From contig NC_058368.1 of the NCBI RefSeq assembly GCF_018350175.1, forward strand, positions 124,994,001 to 125,058,000: a stretch of DNA of 64,000 bases. Direction: 5' to 3'. Made by a program: the position numbers and the translations under genes. Origin of the DNA: Felis catus. Lineage: Eukaryota. The notes under the pieces were generated by a model. The model had not been told where the DNA came from and made no database searches. It worked only from the letters and a program-made list of their open reading frames with translations. Below are positions 24,850-36,974 of the stretch, one piece after another (positions within the stretch are counted from its first letter, which is position 1; every line of letters begins with the position of its first letter).

Positions 24850-25700
24850 AGTGGGTGTGTGTGTGTGCGCGCGCGTGTGTGGAGCGAATGGAGCGAATTC
24901 GCACGAGCGAATGGAGAAAGAAAAGGAGAATAGAGGGCTTCCCTCAGCTATACGCACCTACGATTCAGCCAGCTGAGGTCAATAAAGGAGAGGGACGGAG
25001 GCCACAAGATCCAAGGGAGTCCCAGGGCAAAGGAGCAAGGCACTGAAGGCGGAGACCCAAGAGGGGCGGGACGGCGTGGCCTCCGCTCCTCCCCGGACCA
25101 GGGCGGGCCCGAGACTGTGACCCACCTCTCCGGCGCTGTCCTCGTTACAGCGCCGCGGGACGGCCATGCCGGGCCGCCTGCTGCGGGGCCTGTGGCAGCG
25201 ATGGCGTCGTTACAAGTACCGCTTCGTCCCTTGGATCGCGCTGAACCTAAACCACAACCCGAGGTGAGAGGGCGAGGCCGGCATACCAGGGACGTCTTCT
25301 TTCAGCCCCACGACGCCACCAGGGCCGCTGAACTGGAGGCATGTGGGCCCTAAGTGGGCGGAACCTCCGGCGAAAAGCGCTTTAAAGGGCGGTCTCTGGT
25401 GGGCGGAGCCTCAGGAGACCCTGGGGCCCCGAGGTGGGCGGGCCCGTAGTGAGCAGAACCTGAGGTGGGGCGGGGCCTGAAGTGGGCGAAGCCGAGGCTG
25501 GTGGAGTCGGAGGACAGCTGGGATACCGAAGACCGTGGGGAGCCTTAGGAGGGTGGGACCTGAGGCCTACTCTCCCAGAGTACCCCGCGCTGTGAGGTCT
25601 GTGAGGCGGGCGTCCCTCACGGGCAGTGCGGCTTGTGCTCTCCTTTAGAGGTCTTCGCTGACGGGCGTTTCTGTCCGGGCAAAAAATAGAAACTTTTGAA
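24850..25700 (+). promoter_or_regulatory. CpG island / GC-box promoter of SETD9
   Basis: Only CpG-dense stretch in the window; GGGCGG boxes near 25064 and 25101; spans exon 1. Confidence 0.85.
25166..25263 (+). CDS. SETD9: SETD9 coding exon 1
   Basis: gccATG at 25166 inside the CpG island; donor AG|gtgaga. Confidence 0.95.
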
Positions 25701-27893
25701 AAAGAGCAAAGTTTATACAGCGTGAGGGTGCATGGCCTTCTCTCCGCCAGGGCATACTTCAAAGTTCCTTAGAAAAGCCAAACTGAGGTTTATTTTCATA
25801 GCTCCATAGTTTATATGGTGAAAGCAGCCCGGCTTGGATGTGAGGATAACAACTTGCTGACGCAGAAAAACGAGGAAAATGTCACTAAAAACACGTCCGA
25901 ATGTGGGGTTTAGAATAGTCCATGCCTGAAGAAAGGGATCTAGTTGAGTGGGTGGCGGTGGAGTCACTGTTAATTCCGGCTCTAGTAAGTGGCATGGTAG
26001 CGATCGTGAAGAAGCTCACGTAATGCTCACTTAAATAGGCAAAGCTAGCTCCACTGAAGGCCAGTTAATAACCGAAGAGCTTTTCCAAAGTTTGATTCCG
26101 CGGAAACGTGAATTCAGGGCCACTATAGAATTGTGAAGCGGAATGGCTTTCTTTTTGTCAAGAAGTAAAAAAATAATACCATTATGCGAGTAAAAATGAT
26201 GCAGCCATTAAAGAAGTAAGTATTCCCGGGAGAGAATGTGACAAAGTATATGTTAAATTTGTCTTTGTAATTAAATGCCTATAAAATATATGAGGATCCT
26301 TATGCGATATTCACATAATGGCCATGGATGTAGTGGGAAGAAGAACTAGTTCTGTTTGAGCTGTGGCTTTCCAGCTTAACAGCTTTAGGATCTAGGGCAA
26401 GCACCCCAACGTCAAGCCTCAGTTTCCCTGTCTGCAAAGATGAGATAATGAATGTAAGGACCCAACAGCATTCGGTACAGATAGACTTTTCACAGATAAC
26501 CGGCTATTTGTAACTTGGGTAGGTATTGCCAGGAGTTAGCGAACTAGAACTATCCCCAAACAATTCTTTCTTGAACTTTTTTAGTTTTATGCCCTTCAAA
26601 CACATGAGAATAATCATCATTAAGCCCAGTAACTTAGAAGGCATGAAGGCATGAAGCCTGAGTTTTATCACTTGAAGGGTAGTGAATGGAAACTTTTCCT
26701 GTTTTCAGGACCGTCCGATATGTTCCAGAGGAATCCAAAGACAAAGTTATCTCAGATGAAGATGTCCTAGGAACATTACTGAAAGTTTTCCAGGCTCTGT
26801 TCATTAATGATTTCAATAAGCAATCAGATATCTTGACTATGCTTCCAGAAACCGTTAAATCAAAATATCATGACCTACTGTCAGTTCAACATCCAAGGGT
26901 GAAACTGCTTGAATACAGACATCAACAGCAAAATATCTTTAAACCAGAAGAAATTCTTTATAAGACACTGGGTTTCAGTGTTGCCCGAGCAACTAGCTCA
27001 TTGATTTCTGCTGGAAAAGGTGTCTTCGTTACCAGAGGATTGGTACCAAAAGGCGCGGTTGTAGCTATGTATCCTGGTAATGACACAATTAGTGCTTTGC
27101 CAAGAGTTTCCTATTTATCAGTTAATATAAGTCCAACAAAATACTTACTCTTATAATCCTTTGAGTAAGGAGTTGAATTAGAAACTGAGATTTCCACACA
27201 TTTGTAAATCCTGATTTCGAAAATAACTACAAATTATTTTATGTGCTAGAAAGCATCCTTGAGTATTTATTTGAATAAAAGCACTTTTCTTTTAAGGAAA
27301 TTTTTGTAGTCAATGTTTAAATGTAGAATATAGTATGGCCTACTTTGATAAGATGAATTACTTAGAAAGCACTAGAGAATAAGTCAGTTGGCTTACATAA
27401 TTGATAACTAAAGGTAAAAATAGTACGGGTTAAAACAGGTATGACAGAGTTTAAACCTATAAATCAATAAATACCTTCCTGCCATTTCTATACTTTGAAA
27501 GTAAAGCAGCTTCTTTGCAAAAAGATCATTGACTAGAATGCTTAGTAGGGTATGTTATTTATTAAACTAAGATTACATTATTTGTAAATGTTTAATTCAG
27601 ACATGTTTTCAAAAAGTCATTCTATTTTCTAATTTTACATCCCTAAGCAAAAGAGTTGGTTTCCTCCTACACAACTAACTCTGTAAAGGCTAAATAGAAC
27701 AAGCTGGCAACAAATTAATACTAGAATAAATTTAATAGATTAGGATGCCAGTAACATAGGACACACTCAGTAAATACTAATTTTCTCCTTTCCTCTACTG
27801 CTAGCGAAAGGGGAAACAACCTGAATATCAGATTCATTTATTCCCATTTTGTCTACATTATTTAACTGGTTATTAACAAATACATTTCTTAAA

Positions 27894-27924
<31 letters not shown>

Positions 27925-30900
27925 GAGAGAGGGCGCAAGTCAGTGAGGGGCAGAGAGAAACCAAGCTCACCTGAAGCAGGGCTCGAGCTCACCTGAGGCA
28001 AAGCAGGGCTCGAGTTGACCGATGTGGAACTCGAACTCACTACTGTGAGATCATGACCTGGGCTGAAGCTTGATGCTTAACCACTGAGCCACCCAGGAAC
28101 CCAAAAGACTTTTTAATGGATGTCAAATAACACTCTATTTTAAAAAGCAAAAACAAAACAAAACAAAAAGCCCCTATAATTTTGTAAAGCTGAATCTCAA
28201 ATGTGGTGTTCACATTTTAATTAATCAAAATAGTCACATTTTATTTGGCTATGTGAACAAGTTGATTCTCTGCTCCATTTACTTTTGGGCACTATTTAAA
28301 GGGAAGAAGTAGCCAAAGAGAATGTGATAATCTAGACTGGAGTAAAATATTAGAAAAAGGTAGAGAAAATAAAATAGTTCATTTCATGTTATGTTTATTT
28401 TCCAGAGAGAGGTGCTTATCATGATGTTAATAATTTTTACATATTGCTATGTCCTTATCTTATAATAGGTACAGTATATCAGAAGTATGAGCCAATCTTT
28501 TTCCAATCCATTGGAAATCCATTTATTTTTAGATGCCTGGATGGGGTACTTGTTGATGGAAATGACAAAGGAATATCAAAAGTCGTATACAGGTAAGTTA
28601 GTGCCCATGTTCAAACATAACGATAGGACACAGAGCCACAGGAAAATGACCATGACCCTGGCCTTTTCACTTTAAATAAAAATCTGTTTAGACAGCTGCT
28701 AAGTGGCAACTCAGCTGCCCTATTGACTAGACAAAACTTTTTTTTTAATTTTTTTTTTTTTATTTATTTTTGAGACAGAGAAGGACAGAGCATGAATGGG
28801 GGAGGGTCAGAGAGAGGGAGACACAGAATCTGAAGCAGGCTCCAGGCTCCAAGCTGTCTGTCAGCACAGAGCCCGACCCGGGGCTCGAACTCAGGGACTG
28901 TGAGATCATGACCTGAGCCGAAATTGGACGCTTAACTGACTGAACCACCCAGGCATCCCAGACTAGACAAAACTTTTTAAGAGAAATTGGATTTGTTCAG
29001 TTCTAGGATTAATTTTGTACTTTTGGATTTTACTGTAAGACATAAAAGAACAATCTCTTACCTAATGCTTTCACCTGTTTCAGATCTTGCAATGGGAGGG
29101 ATCGACTTGGTCCTTTAAAAATGAGTGACAGTACATGGCTAACATCAGAAATTTGTAATCCACTTGCTGTAGGACAGTATGTCAACAATTGTTCAAATGG
29201 TAAGTTGACATTATGGGTCTGTGAGACAAGATATAAATATAGCAGTAGTAATTTTTCTCCTTTGCTATATGACTGAGTGCCAGAGGCAGTTAAATTTAAC
29301 ATCTCAGCTTTTCAAAGCCTGTAAATAAATTGTAATGCTGAGAAGGCAGATATTAAAGAAGTTGGGGAAATAATGATATACATTAATTGGAATTCTTTAA
29401 TTTACTATTTTTCTTCTGGTTTTTCAGTAAATATAGGTAACTGATAAATGCTCCTTTGATCATTATTATTTTAGCATTTTTTAATAGTTAAAAAAAGAGA
29501 GCATTAGAGATCATTTTGTCAGAGCCTCAGTAGAACCTTGTAGGTTAAACTAGACTGGTATCCTCTTTCTGTTGCTACTTTTGTGAATCACTTACCTTCT
29601 CTAGGGCTTGACTTTCCTAAAAATATAAGTTTGATCTCACCTACATTTAGCATAGGTTTTGGTGTTAGGGAGAGATGAACTTGAAACCTGACTTTTCTAC
29701 GTAACCTTCAATCTTTCTGAGTCTCTGTTTTCTGATCTTCAAAAAGTAAATAATAAAACATACATAATCTAGTAATGCCTGGAAGGTAATAGTGATTATT
29801 AATTTGAAAATGTTCTAATAATTTAGAAAACCATGCATCAAGTGTTAAAATTCAGTTCTATTTTCCATGACCTTTTTTAAAACGGCTATTTCTAAAAATT
29901 ATATACTTGTTCCTAGACAGAGCCGCTAATGTCTGTTACCAGGAATTTGATGTGCCTGCAGTTTTTCCTATAGAGCTAAAACAGTATCTTCCAAACATTG
30001 CCTACAGCTGTGACAAACAAAGGTTAGTCTTTTCCTATCCCCTGTGTTCTGCTGTACTCAAAAAACATGTATATTCGAGGGTGCCTGGGTGGCTCAGTTG
30101 GTTGAGCATCTGGCTCTTGATCTCAGCTCAAGTCATGATCTCACGGTTTGTGGGTTCGAGCCCCACATAGGGCTCTGCACTGACAATGTGGACCTGCCTG
30201 GGATTCTCTCTCTCACCACCCCCCACCCCTGCCTCTCTTGTGTGTCCTCTCAAAATAAATACAGAAACTTAAAAAAAATTTTTTTAAATATATATATATT
30301 CCAAGAAAAAGCTATACAGAACTTGGAATAATTTCTCTTAGGAAAAAATTATAACTTAAATTTTGATTTTCATCATACCTTAATGTATTAATGTAGGCTC
30401 ATTTGAAGTTTAATATTTTTCATTAACTTAGCTCATTCTGCTTCTTATTACCCATTTTCGTTCTATGTAGTCCTTTATAAGTATCAACCTTAAAATTTTT
30501 TTCAAGTGATTCATTGTTACTTTTCCACTTACAAAATCTTCAAATACAGTTTTTAGTCATTTTAAGCATTATGTTCTTCATCTCACTTGAGAACACCTCG
30601 TTGAAGAAAAAGGCTAAATTACACTATTCTTTCTTTTGCTCTTTTCACTATTCCGTTTGGAAACTTAATGAAAAATGAGGAAATATTCAGGGGCACCTGG
30701 GTGGCTCAGTCAGTTAAGTGCCTGACTTTTGGCTCACAGTTCATGGGTTTGGGCCCCGTGTTAGACTCTGTGCTGACAGCTCAGAGCGTGGAGCCTGCTT
30801 CGGATTCTGTGTCTACCTCTCTCCCTGCTCCTCCCCGACTCACACTGTCTCTCTCTTTCTCTCTCAAAAAAATAAACATTAAAAAAAAAGAGGAAATATT

Positions 30901-31264
30901 CAGAAAATACATATTATTAATGTAACATTTCTATTCAATAAGTGGAAAGTCTGAAAGTGTTCAAGTAACAATTTCTAAATGTAAGTAATTCTGTGGAGTT
31001 CTTTATCAACAGTGCTATAGGAAAATATAATCTTTATGTCATGTCACTGAGCTGCCAGGTGCTAGCAAACTTTATTTTTTATGGGCCCCATTAAATTGTC
31101 CTTTTAAGATGAAAGAGATTTAAAACTTAGACTGTTCTTTGGGGGCACCTGGGTGGCTCAGTTGGTTGAGCGTCCAACTTTCAATTTCAGCTCAGGTCAT
31201 GATCCCAGGGTTATGGAATCAAGCCCCTCGTTGGGCTTCACAATGAGTATAGAGCCTGCTTAAG

Positions 31265-31320
<56 letters not shown>

Positions 31321-32162
31321 TCCCCCACCCCCACCTCTCCCTCTCCCTCTCCCCCCCTTCCCTTCTCCCCGACTCCTACTCTGTCTAAAAACACAACAAA
31401 CTTTGACTATTCTCTGTACTTGATACATATTCTGTCTCTATGTGTGTGTATGTAACAGTTGGGTTTTTTTTTTTTTTTAGCTATATGCTCTGGAGCATAA
31501 TATCACTACTGTTCAACAAGTACAGGAAAAGTTAACTGAGTAGGAACATTGAAGGTTACTTATGTCTTACGGTGTTCATAAAAGTATTTTTTTAATCCCA
31601 ATTAATTTTAAGTAATGTTTTCATCTTTGCAGAATACAAAGATACAAATTAATTTTAAAATGTTAAACCACAGGGGCACCTGGGTGGCTCAGTCGGTTAA
31701 GCGACAGTTAAGCGTCTGACGTCGGCTCAGGTCATGATCTCACAGTTCGTGGGTTCGAGCCCAGCATTGGGCTCAATGCTGACACCTCAAAGCCTGGAGC
31801 CTACTTTGGATTGTGTCTCCTTCTCTCTCTGCCTCCCCCCTGCTCATGCTCTGTCTGTCAAAAATAAATGTTAAAAAAAAATGTTTTTTTTAAACTTACT
31901 GATTTGTGGTCTCCATCAGGGATAAGAACTATTTCTTCATGGAAATCAAATAGCTAAGACAATAGTAAAAATTTTGAATAAAATTATGTCTATAACAGCT
32001 AAATTGGTTATATTAAAAATATGAGCTTGGATTTGTTAATACTTCTAACTTTTGTGTATTCTTTTTGTCCTCAGCCCACTTCGATGTGTCATTCTTGTAG
32101 CACTCAGGGACATCAAACAAGGAGAAGAGCTTTTTTCAAACTACTATACAATTGTCAGCTAA
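25166..32162 (+). CDS. SETD9: SET domain containing 9, complete spliced CDS: join(25166-25263,26709-27076,28469-28592,29084-29199,29917-30022,32075-32162)
   Basis: Six GT-AG exons (98+368+124+116+106+88 = 900 nt) splice in frame to 299 aa, MPGRLLRGLWQRWRRYKYRFVPW...GKGVFVTRGLVPKGAVVAMYPG...NPLAVGQYVNNCSND...LVALRDIKQGEELFSNYYTIVS*. SET motifs present; convergent neighbour of MIER3 as in other mammals. Confidence 0.97.
26340..26500 (+). mobile_element. MIR in SETD9 intron 1
   Basis: MIR core gcctcagtttccctgtctgcaaagatgagataat. Confidence 0.65.
26709..27076 (+). CDS. SETD9: SETD9 coding exon 2
   Basis: ttttcag| acceptor, G|gtaatg donor; lies within ORF 26686-27156. Confidence 0.96.
27898..28102 (-). 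mobile_element. CAN-SINE variant with internal repeats, SETD9 intron 2
   Basis: Poly-T; repeated gctcacctga..aagcagggctcgag units; TSD aaaagactttt. Confidence 0.88.
28469..28592 (+). CDS. SETD9: SETD9 coding exon 3
   Basis: aatag|GT..AG|gtaagt; encodes TVYQKYEPIFFQSIGNPFIFRCLDGVLVDGNDKGISKVVYR. Confidence 0.95.
28738..28959 (-). mobile_element. CAN-SINE, SETD9 intron 3
   Basis: TSD gactagacaaaactttt. Confidence 0.92.
29084..29199 (+). CDS. SETD9: SETD9 coding exon 4
   Basis: tttcag|A..G|gtaagt; encodes SCNGRDRLGPLKMSDSTWLTSEICNPLAVGQYVNNCSN. Confidence 0.95.
29917..30022 (+). CDS. SETD9: SETD9 coding exon 5
   Basis: tcctag|AC..AG|gttagt; encodes RAANVCYQEFDVPAVFPIELKQYLPNIAYSCDKQ. Confidence 0.95.
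30078..31890 (+). mobile_element. Four same-orientation CAN-SINEs in SETD9 intron 5 (30078-30290, 30690-30889, 31141-31395, 31673-31890)
   Basis: Each has a gggg-c-cctgggtggctcag head and a (CT)n/A tail. Confidence 0.88.
32075..32162 (+). CDS. SETD9: SETD9 coding exon 6 (terminal)
   Basis: cctcag|C; encodes PLRCVILVALRDIKQGEELFSNYYTIVS, TAA at 32160-32162. Confidence 0.95.
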
Positions 32163-32538
32163 CTATGAATTAGAAATTAGGTTTTCTATTCAGCTATTTA
32201 TTCTAAATGTTTTTGTTAATTGTATCTCTGAGTTCCACCTATAGAACAAATATTTTGAGGCCTAATTGGAGTGGGAATTTTTTGTTTTTATTGATGTTAA
32301 TGTGTTTATATTAAAAGCTATTTCCTTCATTACAATTTCAAATTTATAATGCAATTATAATTTTAATTGGTTTTCACCTAAAAACACAGTAGCTTATTAA
32401 ATTAAAACCTACTGCCTGAAATTAAAATTTCAATTTTTCTTTTATTTTGTATCTCTGTGGTTTATAAAATTTTAACCAAATCATCACCATTTCTTGCACT
32501 GTTGATGTGTACATACTTCTTTAAAAACTCTATTTTTA

Positions 32539-33109
32539 GACCTACCCTATGACCCAGCAGTAGCACTGCTAGGAATTTACCCAAGGGATACAGGAGTACT
32601 GATGCATTGGGACACTTGTACCCCAATGTTTATAGCAGCACTCTCAATAATAGCCAAATTATGCAAAGAGCCTAAATGTCCATCAACTGATGAATGGATA
32701 AAGAAATTGTGGTTTATATACACAATGGAGTACTACGTGGCAATGAGAAAGAATGAAATATGGCCCTTTGTAGCAACGTGGATGCAACTGGAGAGTGTGA
32801 TGCTAAGTGAAATAAGCCATGCAGAGAAAGACAGATACCATATGTTTTCACTCTTATGTGGATCCTGAGAAACTTAACAGAAACCCATGGGGGAGGGGAA
32901 GGAAAAAAAAAAAAAAAAAAGAGGTTAGAGTGGGAGAGAGCCAAAGCATAAGAGACTCTTAAAAACTGAGAACAAACTGAGGGTTGATGGGGGGTGGGAG
33001 GGTGGGTGATAGGTATTGAAGAAGGCATTTTTTGGGGGGATGAGCACTGGGTGTTGTATGGAAACCAATTTGACAATAAATTTCATAAAAAATAAAATAA
33101 AATAAAAAT
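32539..33109 (+). mobile_element. Young felid-type L1 3' end with perfect 16-bp TSD
   Basis: Open ORF2 C-terminus (32602-32868), 3' UTR, A tail; TSD aaaaactctattttta at 32523-32538 and 33110-33125. Confidence 0.95.
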
Positions 33110-33166
33110 AAAAACTCTATTTTTATATTATAAACTAAAGCCAAAAATATATGTTGTTGCCATGAG

Positions 33167-33167
<1 letters not shown>

Positions 33168-33215
<48 letters not shown>
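33168..33215. repeat. (TG)n microsatellite
   Basis: Direct reading. Confidence 0.95.
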
Positions 33216-33216
<1 letters not shown>

Positions 33217-33295
33217 TTTAAGGATTGTTTTAGCTTTTAGCATGGAAATAAAGTCATAAGATAGTGGTGATGGGAGGAACATGTATTCCCCATTC

Positions 33296-33480
33296 TTTTT
33301 TTTTTTTTTTTAAGTTTATTTATTTATTTTGAGAGAGAGCGAGCGAGCAAGCAAGCAAGCAGGCTCCTTGCTGTCAGCACAGAATCCAATGCAGGATTCA
33401 AACTCACAAACTCTTGAGTACATGACCTGAGCTGAAACCAAGAATCAGACACTTACCCGACTGAGCCACTCAGGTGCCCC
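33296..33480 (-). mobile_element. CAN-SINE
   Basis: TSD tccccattct. Confidence 0.88.
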
Positions 33481-33899
33481 TCCCCATTCTCTTATTCCAA
33501 GGGGGAGCACTTCCAATAATAGTGATGCTCCTGGCCTCTCTCTATACCCATTGGAGGAAGAATGATTTTCTGAAATTATCTTTGGAGGAGAACTAGGCAC
33601 CCATGGCCCAGACCCCTGTATTTTTTTTTTCTGTGGACTCTGCCAGCAGAGAGGGTGTCCTGGTCTTCTCTCTGCTCAGCCAGTGATAGAGTGAGTCTAG
33701 TAGTTCGGAGGTGGAGTATTAGTGAGCTCACCTGGCCACAGCTCTGAAGCCACATTCTCCAGTGAGTTTCATTCGTAATCTTTTCTTGATCTCCATCAAC
33801 CTGACTCCCACATTTCTCAGTTCCAATCTTGGGTGGAGAGGACACCTCAAATCCTAACATGGAACCAAATTTTAACACCTTAACTGCTACATCAACAAC

Positions 33900-34350
33900 T
33901 TTCTTCAGTTTATTGCAACTTCAATAGCATCGTAATTGCCTTCCCTTGTTTCCACTCCTGCCACTTTTACAGAATTGATCACCCGGAGAGGTTCTTGTAA
34001 ATGTAACTCAGATCTTGACCCACCTCTGCTCAAAATCCTCTCATTACTCCTCATATACTGGAATAAATGCTAAAGTCCTTCACATATATGATGTAGCCAT
34101 TCACTACCTCTGATCTCACCTCTTGCTCGTTCTACCCCAGGCACATCTACCTCCTTCCCACACCTTGAACCTGCTGGACACACGCACACTTTCAGGGCTT
34201 CTCCACTAGTTTTTTGTGCCTACAAAGGTCTTCCCCTTTTTTGTTACCTTGCCAACCATCGTACAATCACAATTCACAATCACTAAGTGCCAGCCCTGAA
34301 ACTTCCTATTACACTTTTTTTCTCTATCATATGTATCATGTATAAATAGT
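33900..34350 (+). mobile_element. L2 fragment
   Basis: tcagatc...ctctgctcaaaatcctc...aataaatgctaaagtcctt L2-like motifs. Confidence 0.55.
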
Positions 34351-34522
34351 AAATGTACATTTGCGACAGCATCTGATTCTTTTTCTTAGCCTCCTTTATC
34401 TTTGTGTCAGTAAGATCCTTAAAACCAGGAGAAACTAATCTTATTTGGAAACAAAACAAAACAATCTACTTGACCAAGAAGATCCTGTTGCCCAGAACCT
34501 TATATAAAATACAGAAATACAA

Positions 34523-34741
34523 GGGGCGCCTGGGTGGCGCAGTCGGTTAAGCGTCCTACTTCAGCCAGGTCACGATCTCGCTGTCCGTGAGTTCGAGTCC
34601 CGCATCAGGCTCTGGGCTGATGGCTCGGAGCCTGGAGCCTGTTTCCGATTCTGTGTCTCCCTCTCTCTCTGCCCCTCCCCCGTTCATGCTCTGTCTCTCT
34701 CTGTCCCAAAAATAAATAAAAACGTTGGAAAAAAAAAATTT
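34523..34741 (+). mobile_element. Young SINEC_Fc-type SINE
   Basis: Near-identical to 16103-16320; TSD aaatacagaaatac. Confidence 0.94.
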
Positions 34742-35563
34742 AAATACAGAAATACTAACTCCTGTGGACATATTAGGAGGGGCTGTAGGATGGGCTGGAG
34801 TTTTTAGGAGTGAACTCTTGAAATGTCAATAACTTAACTAGTGCAGGGAAAAAATATGTTATATAGAAAAAGATCAAATATGGCAAAATGTCAGTTCAAT
34901 CTGGTTTGTTCATTATACTATTCTAATTTTTGTCTTAAAAAGTCTTTCTTTCAAAGCTAGGGGACAAGTCACCATTAGTTTAAGAGTAATATAGGCCATC
35001 AAGCATTCAGTGATACCTACTAGGTGAAGGGTCCTGGGATATACAAAGAATAAAACATGGTTCCTCATAAAATGCTCACGGTGAGAGTATAAAGCTTGCC
35101 TAGTATCATGACTTGGTTTGCACTGGAGGGGTGAATTTTTTTTAATGTAACACTGACATTTTAAAACATAGAAAAACCATGTTATCTTTTTTCTTACTAA
35201 AAATTATTTTAGATTTATAAATGGCTAATTTCATTTCTGACATGCTTACAAAATGCTTTTGAGTTCTATACCAGAAAACAACTTTGTAGCAGTACTGCCT
35301 TTACCTTTGTGTAAGCATCTCATCAAAATTGAGTTACACAACAGCCTGTGTGTCTCTCGAAAGTGAATGTCAACTAATGTATTAAACGTAGAAAAACGTG
35401 AGCACTCCTGGTCTAGAACCATGAATTCAGTCCCCTAGTATACTATTTTGCCAGAGAATCCACACAGACACAGAAATAGACGGTGAGGATTAAAGAACGC
35501 CTACCTGGATGGGAAATGGTAAACAGTGCTATGTACCAGGGTCTAGTTTAAATTCAAAGCATA

Positions 35564-35780
35564 GGGGTGCCTGGGTGGCTCAGTCGGTTGAGTGACCGAC
35601 TTCGGCTCAGGTCATGATCTCATGGTTTGTGAGTCCGAACCCTACGTCGGGCTCTGCTGACAGCTCAGAGCCTGGAGCCTGCTTCAGATTCTGTGTCTCC
35701 CTCTCTCTCTGCCCCTCCCCCACTCGTGCTCTGTCTCTGTCTCAGAAATAAATAAACATAAAAAAATTTAAAAATAAATA
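35564..35780 (+). mobile_element. CAN-SINE
   Basis: TSD taaattcaaag. Confidence 0.9.
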
Positions 35781-36239
35781 AATTCAAAGTGTACATAATG
35801 AAATAGGTAACTGACAGATACCCTGAGGCCTTTGAGAAGTCAGAGAAGCTGCAGGCTCAAAGCCTATCATTGATGAAAATTATGGCCAAGAAAGATAAAG
35901 TCTACAAGTCAGGATAGATTATTCTGCTCCCACAAGGCTCTCCTCTCTCCCCTAAAAGCCTTAAGTACTTTGTAGCTCTCACATGGTACTTGGCCACATG
36001 CTTGGCTGGATTGAAAACATCTGTACTTGTCCCCACCTGAAGGCACTACTGTGTTGTGGCCACCACAGACCCCTGAACATTTATGCTGTGTGGCGTCTGT
36101 GCAAGAAGCAATGTGATTTTAGAAAAGTAACCAAAGCAGAGGAGTCTAGAGCGTTTGCTTTCATTTTATCCTCTTTGTGTCCTTGTACAAAATCTGGACC
36201 CTATGTGCTATCTGATCACTGCATATTAAGAATGGACTA

Positions 36240-36460
36240 GGGGCGCCTGGGTGGCTCAGTCAGTTGAACATCTGATTCTTGATGTCGGCTCAGGTCATGA
36301 CCTTGCAGTTTGTGGGATCAAGCCCCACATCAGGCTCCCCACTGGCAGTGCGGAGCCTGCTTGTGATTCTCTCTCCCTCCCTCTCTCCCTGCCCTCCCCT
36401 CCCCAACACCCCCTTCTCTCTCTCTCTCTCTCTCAAAAAAAAAAAAAAAAACAAAAAACA
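36240..36460 (+). mobile_element. CAN-SINE
   Basis: Head, (CT)n, A tail. Confidence 0.9.
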
Positions 36461-36974
36461 AAGAACTAGATAAAGCTCTGCTCAGAGGAAATGAAATATG
36501 CGAACAAATTTGTGAAATTAGACTAAGAGATCTTCAGCTTGAAAGATGAAGGTTTTGAAAAGATATTTCTACAAGGCTACTAAACTATGTATACTAGGAT
36601 AAGAAAGACTAGTTTACCATAAATACATTGTCAAATAACAACACAATTAATAGACATCACGTCTTCCTAAAAGACATACTTACCTAGAACAGTGTTTGAA
36701 ACAAAACAGACATTCAACAAATATTTCCTGAATTACATTGAAAGTATAAGCTAGCCTCATTTTGGGATGGCTGTTTTAGTCCATATGGAAATTTGTTATA
36801 GAGGATTTAAAGAAAAAGTATTTTATCTGCCATTTGTCACTATCAAATATCTTATTTACTGCCTCAAAAACCAACCGAACAGTGGTTAAATATCTACCCA
36901 TGTCCCATGAGTTATAGCTTATGATTCATTAAACAAAAATCTAATTGTGGCAAATACTCACACGAACCAAGAAA

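Noticed and set aside
25117..25967. ORFs on both strands around SETD9 exon 1
   Set aside because: Expected stop-codon scarcity in a CpG island; the real frame starts at 25166.
26686..27156. 156-aa single-exon ORF as a standalone gene
   Set aside because: It is SETD9 exon 2 with intronic extensions at both ends.
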